DNA of 64,000 nt, taken from the sequence record OZ035785.1. One strand, given 5' to 3'. Origin of the DNA: Tequatrovirus BCH953P2. Below the pieces are notes generated by a model, which was not told where the DNA came from, did not search any database, and saw only the letters and a program-made list of their open reading frames with translations. This document shows, in pieces, positions 57,383 to 64,000 of the stretch. Position 1 is the first letter of the stretch, and every line of letters starts with the position of its first letter. The translations under genes were made by a program, and so were the position numbers.

Positions 57383-58308
57383 TTCAATACCTCAATAGCA
57401 TTACGTAAACCATTTGCTTTTGCATTAAGAGCTTTTAACAATTTGGTGTGTTCTGCAATTTGGGCTTCAACTTCAATCAAACGAGCATTGAGATATTCGC
57501 GTTCTTCACTCAGATTATCAGCCTTTTCTGCTTTAGGTTCTTTTACAACTTGCTTATATGTATTAGGGTTCTTCAGTTTAATTAGAATGCGTGAACTGTA
57601 CAGCATTGAACCATTATCTTCGGTTTCGTCATACATTTCCACTACGTCCATCATCTCCACCATCGTGCAGAGTTTATAAGACAACGAACGAATAATTTTG
57701 TTGTGCTTATTAATTTCTCTAGCTGTCATGGTGCCGAGATTACGTGAGTAATAATAAGGAACCTGGATATTAATTAATACTGATGAACCACCTGGCTTGT
57801 GTGTTACTTCATCAGCAATAACCCAATCCTTAACATGAACTGTATTTGTACGGTCATCGCCCGCGGTAAATAGTTTACGAGCATGCTTAAAAAGCATATT
57901 CACTTGGTCATTGAATTGACAAGCGAATTTATCAGCAAATTTAGTTTCGGGAATGGTAGATAACCAATCAGCCAAATGGGTCTTTTTAACATCGTTAACA
58001 ATAGTAAATTCAACCAAATCGGTTATAGATGTCTCAGATTTAATGAAGCTCGGCTTCATAAAGTTTTTAATGTTATCACTAGCTACAGTAGAAGATAACA
58101 GACGAGAACGTTTAAACCATTGAAGCAAATTGCCTAACGAATGAGAATAAGCGTTTTGAGTATCTTTACAGATATGATTTTCCTGGCCAACATATTGAAG
58201 GAAATCACGAAGAATATTATTGATTACTGCTCTGTGTCCTATCTGATAATTACGATGTTTAGTAATAAGACTGTCAAAATAATCAATATAATGTTTACGA
58301 GTTTTCAT
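57379..58308 (-). CDS. Hypothetical protein (309 aa) with C-terminal coiled-coil tail
   Basis: C-terminal ~45 aa ...[41 protein letters not shown]. Confidence 0.65.
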   Translation of the reverse strand: MKTRKHYIDYFDSLITKHRNYQIGHRAVINNILRDFLQYVGQENHICKDTQNAYSHSLGNLLQWFKRSRLLSSTVASDNIKNFMKPSFIKSETSITDLVEFTIVNDVKKTHLADWLSTIPETKFADKFACQFNDQVNMLFKHARKLFTAGDDRTNTVHVKDWVIADEVTHKPGGSSVLINIQVPYYYSRNLGTMTAREINKHNKIIRSLSYKLCTMVEMMDVVEMYDETEDNGSMLYSSRILIKLKNPNTYKQVVKEPKAEKADNLSEEREYLNARLIEVEAQIAEHTKLLKALNAKANGLRNAIEVLK

Positions 58309-58360
58309 GTTCTTCTCACTTTGTTAATGATTTGTACTCCGAGCCATCCTTGGCTTTAAA

Positions 58361-59362
58361 TTACTTAATTAACTGTAAAGCTTGTTCAAGACGATCCAAG
58401 CGATTAACAGATTCTTCCCAAATCCTTTTAGCCCGCTCATATTCTTTCTGCGCTTTATTAGAAATTTCTAGAACTTCTTTATAAGCTTTTTCTAGTGCAA
58501 TAACTTCTGGACGAATTTCTATCGGTTCAGGTGAATCATCAAGACATTCCATTAGTTCCTCAAGGGTAGTTTCTTCTTTAGGAGTATTCACAATTTCATC
58601 ACATTTTTGTTGGTAAATTTCTTTATCAGTCGGTGAGTACGCGCACTTTACTTCACGAAGACTAATTACAATTTTATATCCTTCCCAACCGCATATATTC
58701 TTAAAAGGATAAGTATGAATATTTTCTACTGTTTCCATACAAAGTAATGCGGTCTCTAATTGACGAGTTATAGTGCTAGCAATTGAGAAAAATTTATTAA
58801 TATTCTTTTGGTTAGTTTCTGGTGTAAAAAATCCATAATTCACAAAAATAGATACTTTATTTTTATCAAGTTCATATTCTTTTATGATAATCATATCAGA
58901 AGCCAAAGGATGAATTTGACGATAATCGCCATAACATAATTTAGAAGCTGATTTTAGAATCTGTCCTTTGAAAAGTCTGAAATTACTAATCCAACGACGA
59001 GTAAAAATATTCTCAGGGTCTTCTTTATTATTAAGATGATAAGAATTAACATCACCGAACCAATTATATCCTACTACATCTTTGGTTCGTTTAATTTCTT
59101 TCCCAAAATTACCAAGAATATCCCGATTAACCAAATATGAAAGAAGACGAGACTCTTTAAAGGTTTTCTTGATAACATCTTTATCTACACGGCTAGAAAT
59201 TTTACGAATTTCATGAATAAATTTAGCAGAAGAAACAATACCTGCATCAACACTATTGAGCCATTGATTGATAATAGAAAGAACGCTATTTTGGCCAAAC
59301 ATCGGTATAGCTTTATCATCAATAACGCTATTGAATGATTTGATATATTCGTTACGAGTCAT
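58361..59362 (-). CDS. Hypothetical protein (333 aa) with C-terminal coiled-coil tail
   Basis: Start moved to MTRNEYIKS... (RBS GAGGAG; promoter inside longer call); tail ...EYERAKRIWEESVNRLDRLEQALQLIK. Confidence 0.65.
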   Translation of the reverse strand: MTRNEYIKSFNSVIDDKAIPMFGQNSVLSIINQWLNSVDAGIVSSAKFIHEIRKISSRVDKDVIKKTFKESRLLSYLVNRDILGNFGKEIKRTKDVVGYNWFGDVNSYHLNNKEDPENIFTRRWISNFRLFKGQILKSASKLCYGDYRQIHPLASDMIIIKEYELDKNKVSIFVNYGFFTPETNQKNINKFFSIASTITRQLETALLCMETVENIHTYPFKNICGWEGYKIVISLREVKCAYSPTDKEIYQQKCDEIVNTPKEETTLEELMECLDDSPEPIEIRPEVIALEKAYKEVLEISNKAQKEYERAKRIWEESVNRLDRLEQALQLIK

Positions 59363-59390
59363 ATTAATCTCCTCAGTAGAAAGTAAGAAC

Positions 59391-59420
59391 ATTATACCAC
59401 ATCCTTGTGGCAAAGTAAAC
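59391..59420 (-). promoter_or_regulatory. T4 early promoter
   Basis: GTTTAC, 17 bp, TGTGGTATAATG on minus strand. Confidence 0.65.
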
Positions 59421-60445
59421 TAGTTCAGTGCATTTAGTGCATTGTTCAGTTTAGAACGTTGCTTTGTCAGATTTTGAACCCTTGACTGAGCTTGTTCTAA
59501 CGCCTTTTCAGCTTCTAGCACTTCATTGGTCGCTTTAACGAGTTCATCATCTACTGCCTTAAGGGACTTCTCAATCGCATCCGCGTGCCATTTTTCAACA
59601 GGTTTAAGACTCGGATTTTCAATAGGAAGAAAATTCACTTTATTGAATTTCCATGCATCCTTATTACCTGAACTATACATCCAAAATTTAGGATCGTTTG
59701 ATAAGTAATTGGATAAATTTAAATTTAAGTTATCTTGTACTTCTTGCTTTTTCTCTTGCGGGACTTCGTCCTTTCTCAAAAAATCATATTTAAATGAAAC
59801 GATCATATCAAGTTCATATGATGTTGTATCTAACTTAAATCGTTCAAAACGAGGTAAAATCTTAGATTGAACAGCAGCAACAACATCCATATACTTAAAT
59901 GCTTCTGTCAACTGTGATTTAAGGCATTCACAAATTGAAAGAGAATTTTTTGTATTAGGCTTAAAGCTAATTCGTGCAGTTCTATTATTTTCTTTTAATG
60001 GTCTTACTTCCATTTGAAGAGTATAACCATCAAATTTCAGATTCTTTAAGTTAATATCAGAACCTTTTAATCGACTAGCAGTAGACAAAATTTGCTTTAA
60101 TTGTTTACGGAATAGAGCAATAAATCTCCATTCAAGACGATAATGATTTGGATTAAAAAATCCTGTTGATAAATCGACCTTACTCTGACCAACGCCTTGA
60201 ACAAATAGAGGATTTTTATAATCAATAGTTTTACAGAAATCGGTGAGCTGCTCACGAGCAGTCATTTGTGTAATATACCCCGCTTTACTAAAATGACGTA
60301 ACCATTCACTGCTATTCATATACTTAAAGTGAATATCACGATTAACTTTATCAGGGTCTAAATTATTTTGGCACAAAAATGTCATAACATCACGAGTATA
60401 GCTGGCATTACGAACCATATCTTCAATTTGAGAACGAGTTTTCAT
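59420..60445 (-). CDS. Hypothetical protein (341 aa) with C-terminal coiled-coil tail
   Basis: Tail ...ELVKATNEVLEAEKALEQAQSRVQNLTKQRSKLNNALNALN. Confidence 0.65.
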   Translation of the reverse strand: MKTRSQIEDMVRNASYTRDVMTFLCQNNLDPDKVNRDIHFKYMNSSEWLRHFSKAGYITQMTAREQLTDFCKTIDYKNPLFVQGVGQSKVDLSTGFFNPNHYRLEWRFIALFRKQLKQILSTASRLKGSDINLKNLKFDGYTLQMEVRPLKENNRTARISFKPNTKNSLSICECLKSQLTEAFKYMDVVAAVQSKILPRFERFKLDTTSYELDMIVSFKYDFLRKDEVPQEKKQEVQDNLNLNLSNYLSNDPKFWMYSSGNKDAWKFNKVNFLPIENPSLKPVEKWHADAIEKSLKAVDDELVKATNEVLEAEKALEQAQSRVQNLTKQRSKLNNALNALN

Positions 60446-60453
60446 AGTGTTCC

Positions 60454-61356
60454 TTAAGATTTAAGTAAATCAACAATTTTAATTAACTTTTCACGCTCAG
60501 ATTTAGCTTTACTACTCAATCCAGATAGTCTGAAAATTTCATCGTCATATTGTTGAATAGAAATATTCAGCTCTTCAATTTGCTTATTAAAATAATCAAT
60601 TTGTTCAGAATGTTTTTCGTTACTACGAACTGGTGCAGGTTTTGTAGGTAATTTAGTTGAACTGGATTCATCCGGGCGATAAATTAAAATACAACTTGAA
60701 CCAATCGGACATTTAGCACCAGACACATATTCTAATGTTCCAGCTTCTTTTAAAATTTCAAAAGCTAAACAGAGATGATGACACATATTGACATAATCTG
60801 TAGAGTGAGCTCTGACGTAATAATCATCTCCACGAGTGCTAAATTTAAAGCATTTAAGGTCTTCTGTATTATTAGTTTTAAAAATCATTTGTTTATCTAG
60901 ACCTTTAGCTAATCGAGCGCCTAATGCTAATAATCGTCGTTGATTTTCCCACAAATCTGCGATCATTTGGTCAAATGATAATTTTGGCATTAGTCGACCA
61001 TAAAGGTCATATCCTTTATTATAATTGCGAAGAATTTCACTCGCGTTAATGCGAGACAACGCTCCAATTTTATTAAGGGCTTTCATGATGCGATTAGATA
61101 AAAGCATTCCAGACCCGTTTGTTCGTTGTAAATGTTTTTCTAATCCAAATCCAATATCAACTTTAAACTTATCTAAAATTTCGGCGTGAACATCTTTATC
61201 AATAACATTTAAATTTAGTACTGGGTTAAATTTATGAAAAAATTTATCTGACTCGTCGCGTTGAAGTACAGTCCATTCATTTGATTTTTTATTAACTAAA
61301 GATTTAATTACTGCATTGACATTATTAATTGCTACTGACATATTTTCCTCACTCAA
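60454..61356 (-). CDS. Hypothetical protein (300 aa) with C-terminal coiled-coil tail
   Basis: Tail ...QIEELNISIQQYDDEIFRLSGLSSKAKSEREKLIKIVDLLKS. Confidence 0.65.
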   Translation of the reverse strand: MSEENMSVAINNVNAVIKSLVNKKSNEWTVLQRDESDKFFHKFNPVLNLNVIDKDVHAEILDKFKVDIGFGLEKHLQRTNGSGMLLSNRIMKALNKIGALSRINASEILRNYNKGYDLYGRLMPKLSFDQMIADLWENQRRLLALGARLAKGLDKQMIFKTNNTEDLKCFKFSTRGDDYYVRAHSTDYVNMCHHLCLAFEILKEAGTLEYVSGAKCPIGSSCILIYRPDESSSTKLPTKPAPVRSNEKHSEQIDYFNKQIEELNISIQQYDDEIFRLSGLSSKAKSEREKLIKIVDLLKS

Positions 61357-61757
61357 TTTTCAATTTTACTAAATACACAGAATATGATGGAAAAGACTAT
61401 ATAAGCACCGCATACAGATTGAACTAATACCATTCCAAAGAACCAAATAATATTATCAAACCATGTCTGTTTTACGTCGAAAGGACGTAAACTTACAGTA
61501 ATATTATCACCTTTTTCTATTGAAGAATACATCTCTGGCGAAATATATTCGCTAAATCTATAACCGTCTTTGAGTTCATATACGGCAATAAACGATAAAC
61601 TAGACCCCTTTCCTTGAGTTCCTGTAAGGGTATTAACTACAGTAACATCATAATCTTTATAATGCATATAATCATTAATAGCATAATAACCATATGCAAT
61701 TACTATACATAAACAACATATCAATAAATTCAATCTTTTAATTATCAACTGTTTCAT
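61353..61757 (-). CDS. Membrane protein (134 aa), TM segments at both ends
   Basis: N-terminal LLICCLCIVIAYGYY and C-terminal FFGMVLVQSVCGAYIVFSIIFCVF hydrophobic segments. Confidence 0.55.
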   Translation of the reverse strand: MKQLIIKRLNLLICCLCIVIAYGYYAINDYMHYKDYDVTVVNTLTGTQGKGSSLSFIAVYELKDGYRFSEYISPEMYSSIEKGDNITVSLRPFDVKQTWFDNIIWFFGMVLVQSVCGAYIVFSIIFCVFSKIEN

Positions 61758-61812
61758 AATAATCTCAATTAAAAGGGCTTAGAACCATTATACCATCCTT
61801 GGTATAAAGCGG

Positions 61813-62340
61813 TTATGCGAGTACCGTCTTTAACCGTTCTTCAAACTTCCGAAGAGTGTTCTGGCGTTCAGCTCTTTGCTTTTTGTAAGTTTCAATACGC
61901 TCTGAAATGAGAGTGTATCGTTCATTTACTGATTCTTTCATAAAATCAGGAATTTCACGAGAAGCTTTAATCTCATCAAATTTATCAATAACAGCTTGCT
62001 CTTCAGCAATTAAGTTATCATACATCAAAATATCTTTCTTGATGAACTCAATATCTTCTTGAGTTACACGAGATAATTTAGATGCTTTATCCTTTTTGTA
62101 CTGTTCGTTAGTATCACGAGACCAGTGTAATGTACGATTTTTATTCGTATTCTTGTAAATTTCTACAATACCAATCTCATCAATAATAACGATCCAATTC
62201 CAACGGGATTTGTAAATTTGTCCTCCATCAACAGTGATTTCACCTCCGATTGAGATGTCATTAAAGAACTTGCTTTGTGCTTCAGATTTAAATTTACCAT
62301 CGTTGTAATTTACCAGGTTGAAAATATCTTTAGCGTTCAT
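61813..62340 (-). CDS. Hypothetical protein (175 aa) with C-terminal coiled-coil tail
   Basis: Tail ...ERIETYKKQRAERQNTLRKFEERLKTVLA; early promoter and RBS GGAGGAA upstream. Confidence 0.6.
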   Translation of the reverse strand: MNAKDIFNLVNYNDGKFKSEAQSKFFNDISIGGEITVDGGQIYKSRWNWIVIIDEIGIVEIYKNTNKNRTLHWSRDTNEQYKKDKASKLSRVTQEDIEFIKKDILMYDNLIAEEQAVIDKFDEIKASREIPDFMKESVNERYTLISERIETYKKQRAERQNTLRKFEERLKTVLA

Positions 62341-62366
62341 TTTGTGTTCCTCCGTAGTTGATAGGG

Positions 62367-62398
62367 TAATAGTACCACGGAAGAACAGTCTTGTAAAC
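62367..62398 (-). promoter_or_regulatory. T4 early promoter
   Basis: GTTTAC ... CGTGGTACTATTAC on minus strand. Confidence 0.6.
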
Positions 62399-62400
62399 CA

Positions 62401-62715
62401 CTAAAAGAAACTTCTTTCACAATTTTTTCCACTGAACCAAGCGCTCACTGCTTTCTTAGTCTCAGGAGCAGTGTTATCCATAAACCATTCAAAGGCAGCC
62501 TTTTTATGATTCTGGAGGGCTTCTCGGGCTTTAATCTGCTCACGGTCTATTAACACTAACATATGAGCCTTTCTTGTCACCAAGGGCTTCTTATGATTTT
62601 TTGAATACTCCCAATCATTTGTCCATCGCATCGTTGTTGCGAATTGAAGTACAGCTTCTTTAATTTTAGTTTCGTAAATTTCACGAGCCTTTGAGTATAA
62701 CATCACTACCTCCAT
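62401..62715 (-). CDS. Hypothetical protein (104 aa)
   Basis: Minus-strand ORF. Confidence 0.55.
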   Translation of the reverse strand: MEVVMLYSKAREIYETKIKEAVLQFATTMRWTNDWEYSKNHKKPLVTRKAHMLVLIDREQIKAREALQNHKKAAFEWFMDNTAPETKKAVSAWFSGKNCERSFF

Positions 62716-62805
62716 TTACCAGTTTAATTCTAGTCATCTTTTTGATGGCGGTCCATATAATCTATTTCTGAACTGCCTTTTTGTCATAGAAGTCCTCTTA
62801 TGAAT

Positions 62806-63786
62806 TTATTTCAGAAGAGTAACCTCAGCGATTTCTTCCCAACCGTTTTTGTCGGTCATAATAAAGTCAGCAAGATAAAGAGCAGTACGCAGTGAAACAT
62901 TGCGTAAACGATTAACATTGACTTTCATCCATGATAATGCTTTATAAGTTTCTTCATCAGAAAGACCGCGCTTTTGCATCATGTCGGTTGAAAGAATAAC
63001 ATCTTCAACCCTGACCATAATTTCTTCATTAGTGTGAACACCCAAATCTAAATAAACTGAGCGGGACACTAATGCTTGTAAATGTGGAGCAAGTTTAGTA
63101 CCACGGTCTAATTCGCGGTCAATGTCAACGTTTGTGATAAAAACAATCGTTCCTTTAAATTCAAACTCACGCTCAATGCCTTTTTCTTCTAAGTAAGAAG
63201 ATGCAGTGCTCCAGCAGACTTTACGGGTCTCTCCAGTGTCCAGAGCAGCTTTTAGAAGATTAAGAATGTCCATATCAGAGAAAACATCCACATCATCAAT
63301 CAAAAGGACAGAATTCTCTTCACGATTATTCCAAAGCTGTTCATAAAGACCAATACCAGAGATTTTACCATTAATGCTTTTATATTCAATGTATCCAATA
63401 TCATTTGCTTTATTTAAAGCTTTATCTAAAGAATGCGTTTTACCAATACCTGCTGCACCAGAGATAATTAATGAACGAATGTTTCCGTTAATAATACCAT
63501 TCGTCATCATTCCCATAACATTAAATCTTTTATTAATGCGGGTTTTCATATCTTCATACGATTCTTTAACTTCTTCAACTTTTACACCATCATATGAAAT
63601 GTCTGATTTGTAAACCCAAACACCGCGACGTTTACCGTCAATTTCAACAAAAACTTTACCATCTCCTTGTGCATCTACCGGAGCATTATCTGGGAACCAT
63701 TCACCTAAGAGCTCAAAAGTTCCAGAGATTTCTTTACCGAAGTAGATACCCTTATTGATAGTTACAGTTTTCATTTTATTCTCCAA
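62806..63786 (-). CDS. P-loop NTPase (AAA-like ATPase)
   Basis: 326 aa; Walker A GAAGIGKT and Walker B VLLIDDVD; early promoter and RBS GGAGAA upstream. Confidence 0.7.
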   Translation of the reverse strand: MENKMKTVTINKGIYFGKEISGTFELLGEWFPDNAPVDAQGDGKVFVEIDGKRRGVWVYKSDISYDGVKVEEVKESYEDMKTRINKRFNVMGMMTNGIINGNIRSLIISGAAGIGKTHSLDKALNKANDIGYIEYKSINGKISGIGLYEQLWNNREENSVLLIDDVDVFSDMDILNLLKAALDTGETRKVCWSTASSYLEEKGIEREFEFKGTIVFITNVDIDRELDRGTKLAPHLQALVSRSVYLDLGVHTNEEIMVRVEDVILSTDMMQKRGLSDEETYKALSWMKVNVNRLRNVSLRTALYLADFIMTDKNGWEEIAEVTLLK

Positions 63787-63807
63787 ATCTGTATCAGTTG
63801 ATAGTTG

Positions 63808-63838
63808 TATAGTACCATAAAGCTTTATGCTTGTAAAC
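63808..63838 (-). promoter_or_regulatory. T4 early promoter
   Basis: GTTTAC ... TATGGTACTATAC on minus strand. Confidence 0.65.
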
Positions 63839-63862
63839 CGTTTTGTGAAAAATTTTTGAAAT

Positions 63863-63886
63863 AAAAAAGGGAGCCCGAAGGCTCCC
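63863..63886 (-). terminator. Rho-independent terminator
   Basis: GGGAGCC-TTCG-GGCTCCC followed on minus strand by TTTTTTATTT. Confidence 0.65.
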
Positions 63887-63888
63887 TA

Positions 63889-64000
63889 TCATTTATAATA
63901 ACTTCGGTGGTTTTCAAGATAAACCCTCTCAAGGAAGTCATCCCAGAAACCCATGTCTACTTTTTGCTGCATACCGTTCTTAGAAGCTTCAGTAGATGCT
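63889..64000 (-). CDS. 3' end of a minus-strand gene whose start lies beyond the window
   Basis: Open frame from window edge to TGA at 63889-63891 (...FLERVYLENHRSYYK*). Confidence 0.4.
   Translation of the reverse strand, partial: ASTEASKNGMQQKVDMGFWDDFLERVYLENHRSYYK

Overview
This window reads as ~64 kb of the early/middle region of a T4-like (T-even) myovirus, colinear with the T4 map from the end of the tail-fibre region (gene 38 fragment, holin t) through asiA, arn, motA, 52, stp, ndd, denB, rIIB, rIIA, 39, motB, dexA, dda, srd, modA/modB, soc, segF, 56, dam, 61, sp, 41, 40, uvsX, 42, imm, 43, regA, 62, 44, 45, rpbA, 46, 47, alpha-gt, 55, nrdH, nrdG, nrdD, 49, pin and nrdC, ending in a run of unknown genes. 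Almost every gene is on the minus strand; only holin t, the gene-38 fragment and one small membrane ORF are on the plus strand. Protein identities rest on my recollection of T4 sequences, lengths, catalytic motifs and gene order; no database search was possible. Differences from T4 itself: the topoisomerase large subunit is one 606-aa ORF (no gene-60 split), nrdD is uninterrupted (no intron), and a 280-aa DXD-motif glycosyltransferase sits where T4 has beta-gt. Non-coding structure is dominated by about 17 copies of a T4 early-promoter cassette and a family of GGGCC-GAAG-GCCC stem-loops. The most unusual observations are: a GIY-YIG homing-endonuclease gene split by a 1-nt frameshift in a T5 run; a tandem duplication leaving a decayed paralogue between 61 and sp; a MotB paralogue pair; five consecutive genes with C-terminal coiled-coil tails; a possible PD-(D/E)XK nuclease beside dam; a plus-strand MotA-type promoter antisense to modA; and a 30-bp perfect palindrome. 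I could not single out one clearly novel system; these are candidates ranked by interest.
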